Of a stretch of DNA of 64,000 bases, positions 16,530 to 24,761 are shown in pieces. The DNA is taken from the NCBI GenBank assembly GCA_050698355.1, contig JBOHBN010000209.1, positions 663 to 64,662 on the forward strand, written 5' to 3'. The DNA is from Streptosporangiales bacterium (GTDB lineage Bacteria > Actinomycetota > Actinomycetes > Streptosporangiales > WHST01). Under the pieces are notes generated by a model that saw nothing but the letters and a program-made list of their open reading frames with translations, was not told where the DNA came from and ran no database searches. How positions within the stretch are numbered: the first letter of the stretch is position 1; each line of letters starts with the position of its first letter. Made by a program: the position numbers and the translations under genes.

Positions 16530-16817
16530 TCACGCCAGCAGGGTTCCGAGCGGGCCGAGATCGATGTTCAGGTCCTCGGGGTTGATGCCGTACCGCTCCT
16601 CCAGCTGTGTCATGGCCTGCTCGAGCCGCATCAGCCCACGCCCGAGGTCCTCGACCTGCTCCTCGGTCAGGTCGCCCTGGTCGACGCGGCGCAGCGCCTG
16701 CCGTTCCATCAGCTGCCGCACCAGCTCCACGATGGTGAGCACCAGCCGCAGCAGGTCGCGCTCGACCGCGTCCGGGTCGGTCTCCAACCGGTGGGGAAGG
16801 GTGCGTACGTCACTCAT
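16530..16817 (-). CDS. gvpK: Gas vesicle protein K
   Basis: 95 aa with RDLLRLVLTIVELVRQLMERQALRRVDQGDLTEEQVEDLGRGLMRLEQAM, a classic GvpK core. Confidence 0.85.
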   Translation of the reverse strand: MSDVRTLPHRLETDPDAVERDLLRLVLTIVELVRQLMERQALRRVDQGDLTEEQVEDLGRGLMRLEQAMTQLEERYGINPEDLNIDLGPLGTLLA

Positions 16818-17005
16818 GTCTCTGCCTCCAGCTCGCTGCGTACGGACATCAGCAGCGCGTGCAGCTTGATCTGGACGAGGTCGACGCCGGACAACGAGAT
16901 GGTGATGTCGCCGGCGAGCACGACCCCCGTGCCCAGCAGCCGGTCGAGCAGGTCGACCAGCGCGACCTGCCGCCTCGGCTGCTCGGTGACGGTGTCAGCT
17001 GTCAT
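16814..17005 (-). CDS. gvpS: Gas vesicle protein S (small GvpA/J-family member)
   Basis: Internal ATG at 17005 of the 192-aa track ORF gives a 63-aa product MTADTVTEQPRRQVALVDLLDRLLGTGVVLAGDITISLSGVDLVQIKLHALLMSV. It overlaps both neighbours by 4 nt. Confidence 0.8.
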   Translation of the reverse strand: MTADTVTEQPRRQVALVDLLDRLLGTGVVLAGDITISLSGVDLVQIKLHALLMSVRSELEAET

Positions 17006-17763
17006 GCGTTCTCCAGCTCCGCGAACGAGTAGGGGGGCCACGGCCCGGTCAGCTCGAACCGTACGCTCGGCAGCCGCGACTCCAACCGGCTGACGGCTGC
17101 CTCGAGGTCCCCGGTTCGGTCCCGTTCCACCAGGTACGCACCGTTGAGGATCATCCGGCCCGCGTAACCGCCGAGCCGCTGGTCCTGCGCCGGATGGCGC
17201 CGGCTCGCCACGCCGACCGCGGCCAGCTCGGCGTGGATCTCCTCGCCCGTCGCGGCGGCCGCCCGCTCGTGCTCCTCGCGCTGCGTGGTCTCGGCCCGGC
17301 GCCGCTGCAGGTACGCGGTCCCGGACTCCGTGGCGGAGTCCTCCGGGACGCTGCGCGCGGCGGCGTCGTCCAAGTACGCCTTGATGCCGCACTCGGTGCG
17401 GCCGTCCAGCCGGGCGAGGGTGCTCTCGATGCTGTCGCGCCGCTCGTCCAGCGTGCGGCGCACCCCGTCGTCGTCCAGATAGACAGTGGCGAGGCGCAGC
17501 GGCGCGACCGAACCGCTCGCCGCCAGCGCCCCCACGACCTGGTTGTGTGCACGCGCGACCCGTTCGAGCCAGCCGAGATCCTCCAGGTTCGCGCGCAGCG
17601 CCTCCTCGCCGAACTCATCCAGGCTCACCGTGCTGACCGCCGCGGCGAGGCCGTCCTGGTCGAGGGTTCGCACCGGCGCGTCCGAAACCCCGCGTACGTC
17701 CTCGAGGGAAGCGGCGGCCTCGCCGCGCGTGATCGCGTAGAGGTAGGTGCCGGTCTCAGCCAT
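17002..17763 (-). CDS. gvpL: Gas vesicle protein L (GvpF/L family)
   Basis: YLYAITRG...VRTLDQDGLAAAVSTVSLDEFGEEAL..NLEDLGWLERVARAHNQVV matches the GvpL/F family. Start is ATG 17763, or GTG 17772 as an alternative. Confidence 0.8.
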   Translation of the reverse strand: MAETGTYLYAITRGEAAASLEDVRGVSDAPVRTLDQDGLAAAVSTVSLDEFGEEALRANLEDLGWLERVARAHNQVVGALAASGSVAPLRLATVYLDDDGVRRTLDERRDSIESTLARLDGRTECGIKAYLDDAAARSVPEDSATESGTAYLQRRRAETTQREEHERAAAATGEEIHAELAAVGVASRRHPAQDQRLGGYAGRMILNGAYLVERDRTGDLEAAVSRLESRLPSVRFELTGPWPPYSFAELENA

Positions 17764-18124
17764 CGCGGTCACCCCCTTCGTCTGTACCGGGTTCCAGCGC
17801 CGACACGCGCTGGCGCAGGCGCTCGTTCTCCTCCTCCAGCTCGCGGTTACGCGCGGCAGAGCTCAGCGAGGGGTCGTCTTTCCACCAGTCGATCCCCATC
17901 TCGGCCGCCTTGTCGACCGACGCGACCAGCAGGCGGATCTTCACTGTCAGCAGCTCGATGTCGAGCAGGTTGACCTTGATGTCGCCCGCGACGACGATGC
18001 CCTTGTCGAGGACACGTTCCAGCACGTCGGCGAGGTTCGCCGGCTGGGGAGCCGGCGTCGTCGACGCCCTGCTGGCCGGGGCCTGGTAGCCGTCGCGGCC
18101 ACGAGCGAGCTGGTCCACGGTCAC
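17756..18124 (-). CDS. gvpJ: Gas vesicle protein J
   Basis: 122 aa with NLADVLERVLDKGIVVAGDIKVNLLDIELLTVKIRLLVASVDKAAEMGIDWW (GvpA/J fold). Confidence 0.85.
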   Translation of the reverse strand: MTVDQLARGRDGYQAPASRASTTPAPQPANLADVLERVLDKGIVVAGDIKVNLLDIELLTVKIRLLVASVDKAAEMGIDWWKDDPSLSSAARNRELEEENERLRQRVSALEPGTDEGGDRDG

Positions 18125-18441
18125 TCCTCGTGTAGTTGGGCGCGGGTGTACCGCCTGAGCCGCCGGTACGAGAGCAGGTCACCGTTCTCGTCCAGGTCGG
18201 CCTGGTAGACGGCCATGACATCGGCGGTCTCCGGAACCCGGTGGATCTCCAGGACCTCCACCTCCAGCTGCCAGCCGTCGTCCGTACGCGACAGCGCCGT
18301 GACCGCCTCCGCGTTACGCTGCGTCAGCTCGGCCAGCTGCTGTGCGCCCGTCCGCGCCACGGCGGCGGCTCCCCGCTTGCGGCCCGCGGTTCGCGACTGC
18401 GTGCGCCCTTGCTTGTTGGTGTTCTCGTCGGCGGTCGTCAT
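18121..18441 (-). CDS. gvpO: Gas vesicle protein O
   Basis: 106 aa with AQQLAELTQRNAEAVTALSRTDDGWQLEVEVLEIHRVPETADVMAVYQADLDENGDLLSYRRLRRY, a typical GvpO. Confidence 0.8.
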   Translation of the reverse strand: MTTADENTNKQGRTQSRTAGRKRGAAAVARTGAQQLAELTQRNAEAVTALSRTDDGWQLEVEVLEIHRVPETADVMAVYQADLDENGDLLSYRRLRRYTRAQLHEE

Positions 18442-18463
18442 TGGCTCCCTCCGTCCGCCGGCC

Positions 18464-18688
18464 TCATGCCCGCAGCAAGCGGGCCATCAGCTGGTTCTCC
18501 AGCTCGTCGGCCTCTTCGTCGCTGAGCACGCCCGCCGCGCGGGCCTCGTCGACCTCCTCCAGCTGGCGTCGGATCGTCGCCGGGTCGTAGTACTCGGCCT
18601 CTGCCTGCTCGCGTACCCGCTCCGCGATCCACGCGGTCGCGCGTACCGGTGCAAGCGGCAACGTCAGCAGTCCGGTGAACAAGCCCAT
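18464..18688 (-). CDS. gvpG: Gas vesicle protein G
   Basis: 74 aa MGLFTGLLTLPLAPVRATAWIAERVREQAEAEYYDPATIRRQLEEVDEA..., a GvpG signature. Confidence 0.85.
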   Translation of the reverse strand: MGLFTGLLTLPLAPVRATAWIAERVREQAEAEYYDPATIRRQLEEVDEARAAGVLSDEEADELENQLMARLLRA

Positions 18689-18689
18689 G

Positions 18690-19442
18690 TCAGTCGCCCG
18701 GTACGAAGTCGTACGGTGCCTGTGGACCGATCAGGCGCAGCCTCATCCGTGCCGACTCTCGCTTGCCGAGGCTCTCCACCGCTTCCTCCAGGCCCGTGTG
18801 CCCGGTGCGGTCCACGAGCAAGGCGGCGTCCAGCACGTCCTCTGGCGTCCCCGGCTCGCGGCTCTCGACGGCGCGGATGTGAGGATCAAGCGCGTCGAGC
18901 ATCGCCGCCGCGTCGGCCGCGGCCTTGCGGCCCAGCACTCCGACGACGAGTTCGCCCAAGCGGACGCTCTGCCCGTACACCGGCTGTTCTCGCGTGGCGG
19001 TGCTGAGGTGCTCGATCTCCGGGTCCTCTGCGACGATCTCGCGCAGCAACGGCTCCTCGAGGTAGCGAGCCCGCAGCGTGTACTGCACCGCTCCCGCGAG
19101 CTCGGCGAGCAGCTCGGCATACCGGTCGAGCGCGGGCCCCAAGCCCGCCTCGAGGGTGCCCTCGTCCGCGACGGTGCCGAACCGCAGCGGCAGAACATCG
19201 CTTCGCGCCGCGACCGCGTCGAGCACCCGGCTGTGCGCGAGCAGGTCGTCGCGGGTCGTGATGTCCCGGCCGGCCTCGATCGGGCTGGCGAGCAGCGCCA
19301 GGTCAGCGGCATCCAGCAGCACGAGGTCGCGCGCGCCGCCGACACCCACCAGATCGCCCGGAAGGTCACCGCGTGCGGCCATGACGCCGTACAGGTAGTA
19401 CGCGGTCGCCTGGCTCGCCTGGCTCGCCTGCGCCGCGGTCAT
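18690..19442 (-). CDS. gvpF: Gas vesicle protein F (GvpF/L family)
   Basis: 250 aa with [49 protein letters not shown] overlap with gvpA. Confidence 0.8.
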   Translation of the reverse strand: MTAAQASQASQATAYYLYGVMAARGDLPGDLVGVGGARDLVLLDAADLALLASPIEAGRDITTRDDLLAHSRVLDAVAARSDVLPLRFGTVADEGTLEAGLGPALDRYAELLAELAGAVQYTLRARYLEEPLLREIVAEDPEIEHLSTATREQPVYGQSVRLGELVVGVLGRKAAADAAAMLDALDPHIRAVESREPGTPEDVLDAALLVDRTGHTGLEEAVESLGKRESARMRLRLIGPQAPYDFVPGD

Positions 19443-19894
19443 CGCTCGCTCGAGGATCTACGGCGCGTCTGTTGTTGGCGCGGCTTCTCTGTTTGCTGGG
19501 ACCGTCGCCTGGGCTGGCGCTCGGATTCGCTCTCGTCCTTGTCCTCGTCGGAATCGCCGGTCAGCGTTTCCTTGATGCCCGACAGCGCGCCGGCGGTCTT
19601 GCCCTTCGCGCCGCCCTCGGTCATGCTCTCCATCATCTCGGGCAGGTCCTTGCCGCCCTGCTGCGTGAGGTCCAGCCTGCTCGTCGCCTCCGCGAAGCGC
19701 AGGTAGGTGTCGACGCTCGCGATGACGATGCGGGCGTCGATGGTGAGCAGCTCGATGCCCACCAGCGAGACGCGGACGTAGGCGTCGATCACCATGCCCT
19801 TGTCGAGGATGGTGTCGATGACGTCGGCGAGTGAGCTCGCCTGCGGGCGGTCGACGTACCCGCCTCTGGAACGCTGCGTCGTTGCGACAGTCAT
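19439..19894 (-). CDS. gvpA: Major gas vesicle structural protein GvpA with a long charged C-terminal extension
   Basis: 151 aa. The core [51 protein letters not shown] is near-canonical GvpA. About 75 further residues are rich in D/E/K/R/Q/S. Confidence 0.9.
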   Translation of the reverse strand: MTVATTQRSRGGYVDRPQASSLADVIDTILDKGMVIDAYVRVSLVGIELLTIDARIVIASVDTYLRFAEATSRLDLTQQGGKDLPEMMESMTEGGAKGKTAGALSGIKETLTGDSDEDKDESESERQPRRRSQQTEKPRQQQTRRRSSSER

Positions 19895-19897
19895 GGG

Positions 19898-21019
19898 TCA
19901 CCTGCTCCTTCCAGACGTCGCCGGGCGGCGAGTCCTGCGATTGCGGGGTGCTTCCTCGGCCGGTTCTTCCGGCGCTTCCTCTTCCTCGTCCTCCGGCGCT
20001 TCCTCTTCCTCGTCCTCCGGCTGTTCCTCGTCCTCGTCCTCCGGCTGTTCCTCGTCCTCGGCTGCCGGCTCCTCCTCGGGCGACTCCTCGTCGTCCTCGT
20101 CCTGTGGCTCATCTTCAGACCCGGGCGGCTCCTGATCGTCTCGGCCCTCGCCGCTCTCGTCCTGGTCTTCCTCTTCCTCGGCCAGCGCGTCCTCGTGGCT
20201 CTTGACGACCTCGCTGTCACGGATCTCGCCGCGCCAGCCCTCGACGTCGTCGGGGTCGAGGATCGTCTGGGTCATCACGTGCCGGCGGAAGTGCTTGAGC
20301 TCGAGCCGGGCACGGCGCCCCTGCGCGCGCCACAGGTTCCCCGTCTTCTCGAAGAAGCCCTGCGGGTGGTACTCGAGCACCACCAGGATCCGGGTCAGGC
20401 GCGGGCCGAGCTCGTGGAAGGTGACGGTTCCGTCGACGTGGCCCTTCTGTCCCGATGAGCGCCACACGATGCGGTCGTCGGGAACCTGCTCGGTGATGGT
20501 CGACTCCCAGGATCGGTGCGACCAGAAGACCTGAGCCTTCAGGTTGACCTTCCCGTCCTCCTCCTGCTCGGCGTGCTCCACCTTCTTCATGAAGCTGGTC
20601 CAGTCCTGGTACTGCGTCCACTGGTTGTACGCGACCCGCACCGGTACGCCGACGTCGATGTCCTCGACGATGTTGGTGACCTTCACGTCACCACCTCCTC
20701 CGCCGCTCGAGCCGCCGCCCAGCGCTTCCTTCACCTTGTCCCCGACGCCGGAGAAGACCCCCTTGAGCGCACCCTTCGCCGGGGACCCACCCTGAGCGCC
20801 TTCCTGTGCCCCCCGTATCGCGGCCATCAGGCCCGGGCCGCCCTTGTCGTTCGCGTACTCGGTGAGCCGCTCGGTGAGACCCTGTGCCTGATCTACCAGG
20901 GAGTTGGCGCCCCGCTCCGCGAATGCGAGTGCCACGTTCTTCAGCTCGTCCTTCAGCCGGTCGGTGGGAAGGTCGCGGGCAAGCTCGCCCAGGCCGGGTG
21001 TGCTCTTCGCGTCAGCCAT
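19898..21019 (-). CDS. SRPBCC (cyclase/dehydrase-like) domain protein with helical/Gly-rich N-terminus and a poly-acidic, then basic, C-terminal tail
   Basis: Start at ATG 21019 (MADAKSTPGL). The central part VKVTNIVEDIDVGVPVRVAYNQWTQYQDWTSFMKKVEH...IVWRSSGQKGHVDGTVTFHELGPRLTRILVVLEY looks SRPBCC-like. The tail is EEEDQDESGEGRDDQEPP..EDEEEEAPEDEEEEAPEE..RNRRTRRP. It lies directly upstream of gvpA. Confidence 0.65.
   Translation of the reverse strand: MADAKSTPGLGELARDLPTDRLKDELKNVALAFAERGANSLVDQAQGLTERLTEYANDKGGPGLMAAIRGAQEGAQGGSPAKGALKGVFSGVGDKVKEALGGGSSGGGGGDVKVTNIVEDIDVGVPVRVAYNQWTQYQDWTSFMKKVEHAEQEEDGKVNLKAQVFWSHRSWESTITEQVPDDRIVWRSSGQKGHVDGTVTFHELGPRLTRILVVLEYHPQGFFEKTGNLWRAQGRRARLELKHFRRHVMTQTILDPDDVEGWRGEIRDSEVVKSHEDALAEEEEDQDESGEGRDDQEPPGSEDEPQDEDDEESPEEEPAAEDEEQPEDEDEEQPEDEEEEAPEDEEEEAPEEPAEEAPRNRRTRRPATSGRSR
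19971..20060. repeat. Tandem 24-bp repeats (about 3.75 units) inside the acidic-tail coding region
   Basis: GGCGCTTCCTCTTCCTCGTCCTCC occurs twice (19971-20018). GGCTGTTCCTCGTCCTCGTCCTCC follows about 1.75 times (20019-20060). Together they encode the EEEAPEDE/EDEEQPED repeats. Confidence 0.9.
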
Positions 21020-21566
21020 TGGACTTGCTCCCTCGCTGCCGCGACGAGCTCTTGGTCGACCTGCTCGAGCTCGTCGACTTGCGGCGGGAACTCGTCGAAC
21101 CCCCGCGACTGGAGCTGCTGCGCTTGCGCGCCGGCTGCGGTTCGGGTTCGGGCTCGGGCTCTTCCTCGTCGTCGGCCGATTCCTCGTCGTCGTCGGCAGG
21201 TTGCTCATCGGACGGCGGTTCCTCGTCCGCGGGCGGCTCCTCCTCGCCGGTACCCTCCGATCCGGGGGACCGCAACTGCGTCGCGCGCTGCTGGAGCCGA
21301 TCGCTCAGCGCGTCCATGCCCTTGCCGGCAGCCGCTGCCGCGGCCTCGCGGCCCGCGTCGGCGAGGCGGCCGCGTGCGTCACCGCCAATGCGCTGCAGCG
21401 CCGGTGAGGACTCGAGCAGGTTCTTGCCCTGCTCGAGCAGCGCGGTTCTGTCCAGACGCTTGCCGGCGGCAACCGCGCCGAGCATCAAGGCGAGCTTCAT
21501 CTTCTTGGTCCGGCCGAGGGCGTAGCCGATGGCTATGCCGAGCGCGACCGTACCTTGCGATTTCAT
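21012..21566 (-). CDS. Hypothetical protein: N-terminal hydrophobic segment, Ala-rich helical region, poly-acidic stretch, Ser/Arg/Lys-rich tail. First gene of the gvp operon.
   Basis: Start at ATG 21566 (MKSQGTVALGIAIGYALGRTKKMKLALMLGAVAAGK), preceded by GGAGAG. The C-terminus is ..EEEPEPEPEPQPARKRSSSSRGGSTSSRRKSTSSSRSTKSSSRQRGSKSNG. It overlaps the next gene by 8 nt. Confidence 0.55.
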   Translation of the reverse strand: MKSQGTVALGIAIGYALGRTKKMKLALMLGAVAAGKRLDRTALLEQGKNLLESSPALQRIGGDARGRLADAGREAAAAAAGKGMDALSDRLQQRATQLRSPGSEGTGEEEPPADEEPPSDEQPADDDEESADDEEEPEPEPEPQPARKRSSSSRGGSTSSRRKSTSSSRSTKSSSRQRGSKSNG

Positions 21567-21858
21567 CGTCGGCTCTCCAACCTTTGTATGGCATTGGTAC
21601 AGCTGCCCCCCGGTTGGCGAGCGGCACGTCATGGTGACGCCGCCCTTCATCAAAACGCGGGCCTTTGGCTGGCGACCTCCCCAGAGCCGACGCTATGGGC
21701 CTGTCGTTCTCGGTACCCAAGGGCGCACGGGGCAATCACGCTGGTGCCCGCTTTTACCCGATATTGAGAAATGATCACGGTATGTACTCGTTACCGGCTT
21801 CCCACGACCTGCCGACCGTGAGGGGTAGGACCCGTGTACGGGCAGTAGCGCCCGCTCG

Positions 21859-22524
21859 TCAGGCCTGGTGTGGCGCCAAGCGGCCGATCGCGTCGTGCAT
21901 GTGGTCCTCGAGCAGCGCCAACGCGCGGTCGGTGTCCTGCTCCTTGATCGCTTCGACAATGCTCGCGTGCTCGGCGGCGAGGTCCGCGGGCGCGTGGTAC
22001 TTGCTCGGCAGCGCGGCCATGCACATGCGTGTCTCGACGAGCAGCGTACGCGCCATGCGTTCCAGTCGCGCGCTGCCCGACTCGGCGACGAGCACCTCGT
22101 GGAAATCGAGGTCGCTGCGGCTCAGCGCCGCGTGGTCGCGTTTCTTCGCGGCCCGCTCCATCCGGGCGGCGGCCTTGCCGAGGCGGTTCGCCGCACCCGG
22201 GTCCGCCTGCTGGACGATCATCGTCACCGCGGCGCCCTCGACCGCCATCCTGGCGGCGTAGATGTCGTCAATGTCCGCTGGGGTCAACTCCGTTACGAAA
22301 AGGCCGCGGTGCCGGACGCTGCGAAGCAGGCCCTCCTGCACCAGCCGCTGCATCGCCTCGCGCAACGGTCCGCGGCTCACGCCGAAGCGGGCGGCGAGGT
22401 CCGCCTCGCCGAGCTGGTCACCCTGGGCCAGCGCGCCGGACATGATCGCCTCGCGCAGTTGGTCGGCGATGAGGCCCGCGGTCGGTTCGCGGCTGATCGG
22501 CTTGAGCGAGTCGGCTGGCGCCAT
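21859..22524 (-). CDS. GntR/FadR-family transcriptional regulator
   Basis: 221 aa with GDQLGEADLAARFGVSRGPLREAMQRLVQEGLLRSVRHRGLFV (wHTH) plus an FCD-type C-terminus. It starts 3 nt after the stop of the upstream isomerase-like gene. Confidence 0.85.
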   Translation of the reverse strand: MAPADSLKPISREPTAGLIADQLREAIMSGALAQGDQLGEADLAARFGVSRGPLREAMQRLVQEGLLRSVRHRGLFVTELTPADIDDIYAARMAVEGAAVTMIVQQADPGAANRLGKAAARMERAAKKRDHAALSRSDLDFHEVLVAESGSARLERMARTLLVETRMCMAALPSKYHAPADLAAEHASIVEAIKEQDTDRALALLEDHMHDAIGRLAPHQA

Positions 22525-22527
22525 CGC

Positions 22528-23286
22528 CTATGCCCTTGCGCGATCCGGCGACAGGCGGAACAGCGCGCCGAGCCCGGCGGCCCGCTCGTGGTGGCCGGCG
22601 AGCCGCAGCCCCTCCCAGGCGGTGACCTGGTTCGCGGTGAGCACGGGCTTGCCCGCCGCGGCCTCCATCGCGTCGAGCCATGCGACGGTGTGCAGGGCTG
22701 TGTCGGGCAGGAGCACGGCCTCGGCGTCAGCGGCACCGCTCTCGGCGGTCGACGCCGCGAGCTCCAGCACCGCCTCCCGGCCGAGGTCACCGACGTCGGC
22801 GGCCTGCAGGATGTCCTTGCTGGTGAACGACACCACCTCGATGCCGCCGGCCGCGAGGAACTCCACGAACCTGGCGGCGATGCCCTCGGGGTACGTAGCC
22901 GCGACCGCGACCCGGCGCACGCCGAGCGCGTGCGCAGCCTCGACGAACGCGATGGACGTGCTGGACGCGGGTACGTCGGCGGTCGAGGCCAGGGTGTCGG
23001 CCTGGTCACGCGCGCCGTCCCAGCCGAACACGAAGCTGCCGCTCGTACACGCCCACATCACGGCGTCCGGGCGGTGCGGTGCCAGCTGACGCCACCCTGC
23101 GGCCAGCTCGTCCGGCTGACCGACGGCGAGCAGGTTGTCCTCGGTGTGGGCGACGTCGTCCGGCGTGGTGTGCACGAGCGGGAGCGCGACGCTGGAGCCG
23201 AGCAGCCGCTCGACGCCTGCGTAGTCGTCCTCGGCCGCGTAGCCGGGGTAGAGCATGCCGACGGTCGTGTTCTCGGCCACGAACAC
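22528..23286 (-). CDS. Asp/Glu/hydantoin-racemase-superfamily protein (maleate cis-trans isomerase / arylmalonate decarboxylase-like)
   Basis: 252 aa with VGMLYPGY..., MWACTSGSFV (first Cys motif), RRVAVAATYP and GKPVLTANQVTAWEGLRL, typical of the maleate isomerase family. Confidence 0.7.
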   Translation of the reverse strand: MFVAENTTVGMLYPGYAAEDDYAGVERLLGSSVALPLVHTTPDDVAHTEDNLLAVGQPDELAAGWRQLAPHRPDAVMWACTSGSFVFGWDGARDQADTLASTADVPASSTSIAFVEAAHALGVRRVAVAATYPEGIAARFVEFLAAGGIEVVSFTSKDILQAADVGDLGREAVLELAASTAESGAADAEAVLLPDTALHTVAWLDAMEAAAGKPVLTANQVTAWEGLRLAGHHERAAGLGALFRLSPDRARA

Positions 23287-23302
23287 CTCCAGGGCAGTCG
23301 CT

Positions 23303-23336
23303 GATTGTTGACAATCCTACTGGCCCTTCCTAGCGT
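23303..23336 (+). promoter_or_regulatory. Sigma-70-type promoter (TTGACA-N17-TAGCGT) embedded in an ATTGT-N2-ACAAT operator, upstream of the DUF3830 gene
   Basis: GATTGTTGACAATCCTAC-N9-CTAGCGTCA. The -35 is at 23308-23313 and the -10 at 23331-23336. The 18-mer and the CTAGCGTCA are identical to the copy at 24721-24754. Confidence 0.6.
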
Positions 23337-23383
23337 CAACACCTACCATCGTCGGCACGTCGAAACGAAGGTGGAGGCCCAGA

Positions 23384-23884
23384 TTGGCCAGATACATCGA
23401 GATCTCCTTGGACAAGCGGGGCGTGACCTGTGTCGCGCAGCTGCTCGACGACCTCGCTCCGCGTACGTGTGAGGCGATCTGGAAGGCGCTGCCGGTGGGG
23501 TCCGACGCGTACCACGGCAAGTACGCGCGCAACGAGATCTACACCCTCGTCCAGGCGTTCGCCGACCCCGAACCGGGTGCGGAGAACACCACCATCACCC
23601 CCATCCCCGGCGACCTGTGTTACTTCTCGTTCCCGAAGGCGGAGATAGCGACGCCCTCGCACGGGTACGGCACGTCCGAGGAACCGTACAAGGCGGATCG
23701 GATCGTCGACCTCGCGCTGTTCTACGAGCGGAACAACCTGCTGTTGAACCCGGACTCCGGCTTCGTTCCCGGCAACGTGTTCGCCACCATCACACAGGGC
23801 CTGGCCGACATGCGGGAGGCGAGCGAGGACCTGTGGAAGCGCGGCGTCGAGGGGGAGACGCTGACGCTCCGCCGCAAGGAGTAG
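23384..23884 (+). CDS. DUF3830-family (cyclophilin-like fold) protein
   Basis: 166 aa MARYIEISLDKRGVTCVAQLLDDLAPRTCEAIWKALPVGSDAYHGKYARNEIY..PGDLCYF. TTG start after GAAGGTGGAGG. The family call is from memory of DUF3830 sequences. Confidence 0.6.
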   Translation: MARYIEISLDKRGVTCVAQLLDDLAPRTCEAIWKALPVGSDAYHGKYARNEIYTLVQAFADPEPGAENTTITPIPGDLCYFSFPKAEIATPSHGYGTSEEPYKADRIVDLALFYERNNLLLNPDSGFVPGNVFATITQGLADMREASEDLWKRGVEGETLTLRRKE

Positions 23885-23894
23885 GCCGGGCAAC

Positions 23895-23938
23895 GTGTCA
23901 GTAGCTCAGCCCGCTACAGCGAGCTGAGCTACTGACAC
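23895..23938. terminator. Perfect 16-bp-stem hairpin between convergent genes. Member of the ACTGACA palindromic repeat family.
   Basis: GTGTCAGTAGCTCAGC (23895-23910) / GCTGAGCTACTGACAC (23923-23938). Confidence 0.6.
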
Positions 23939-23942
23939 CCGG

Positions 23943-24686
23943 TCAATCGAACAGGCGCTGGCCGTTCGGCGCCGCTGTGCCGCCGCAGCTGCGCAGCGCC
24001 GACCAGATGCTCACCTGGTTGGCGGTGAGGACCGGCTTGCCCAACGCGCGCTCGAGCGGCGTGATCGCGTCGAAGGTCGGCAGGTTCGTGCAGCTGACGA
24101 ACACCGCCTCCGCGTCCGGCCGGTCGGCGGCGAGCACGAGCTGTACGAGCTCCGCGTACGGCACGAGCCAGATGTGCTCGAGCAGCCCGAGGTGCGCGCT
24201 GGACACGACGGTGACGCCCGCCTCGGCGAGGAAGTCGTGCAGGCGAGTCGTCATGCTCTCCACGTACGGTGTCGCGACCGCGAGCCGGCTGATGCCGAGG
24301 TAGTTCACGGCGTCGAGCAGCGCGCCGGAGGTCGTAACCGCAGCGGGCGCGCCCACCGACCCGATGGCCTCCCGCAAGTCGCGCTCGCCGGCCATGCCGT
24401 GCACGAAGCTGCCCGAGGTGCACAGGTAGACGACCACCTCGGGCTCTGCAGTCAGCACCTCGGCGGTACCTGCCTGGACGGTCGCGTAGTCGCTCACGAG
24501 CTCGGCCATCTCGACGGTGACGGGGACGGCGAGACGCGGCGTGCGCGTGATGTGCAGCGATGTGGTGTCCGGCACCCATCGCCAGACCTCCCGGTCCAGC
24601 GCGAAGTCGTACGGGGTCACGATGCCGATCCCGTGTTGAGGCAGGACTTCTGCCACCTCGACGGGAACGCGCACGGTCTGCTCCAA
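23943..24686 (-). CDS. Second Asp/Glu-racemase-superfamily (maleate-isomerase-like) protein
   Basis: 247 aa with IGIVTPYDF, VVYLCTSGSFV, SRLAVATPY, FVSCTNLPT and GKPVLTANQVSIWSALR. It is a paralogue of 22528-23286. Confidence 0.7.
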   Translation of the reverse strand: MEQTVRVPVEVAEVLPQHGIGIVTPYDFALDREVWRWVPDTTSLHITRTPRLAVPVTVEMAELVSDYATVQAGTAEVLTAEPEVVVYLCTSGSFVHGMAGERDLREAIGSVGAPAAVTTSGALLDAVNYLGISRLAVATPYVESMTTRLHDFLAEAGVTVVSSAHLGLLEHIWLVPYAELVQLVLAADRPDAEAVFVSCTNLPTFDAITPLERALGKPVLTANQVSIWSALRSCGGTAAPNGQRLFD

Positions 24687-24720
24687 CCAGCCACCTCCGC
24701 TTCCGACGACGCCGCCGCGA

Positions 24721-24754
24721 GATTGTTGACAATCCTACGGTCGCTGTCTAGCGT
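24721..24754 (+). promoter_or_regulatory. Second copy of the promoter/operator module (TTGACA-N17-TAGCGT)
   Basis: GATTGTTGACAATCCTAC-N9-CTAGCGTCA. The -35 is at 24726-24731 and the -10 at 24749-24754. A GTG at 24762 lies 7 nt after the -10. Confidence 0.6.
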
Positions 24755-24761
24755 CACGGCG

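Noticed and set aside
19971-20060. Tandem 24-bp repeats considered as a possible CRISPR-like or minisatellite array.
   Set aside because: The units are contiguous with no spacers and lie in frame inside a coding region, where they encode an acidic low-complexity tail. No cas genes are present.
21567-21858. A 290-nt intergenic region upstream of the gvp operon, with an AT-richer patch (about 21755-21800), examined for an sRNA or riboswitch.
   Set aside because: I could identify no convincing conserved structure, promoter hexamers or repeats by eye. It probably just houses the gvp promoter, and small track ORFs here lack an SD and any codon-usage signal.
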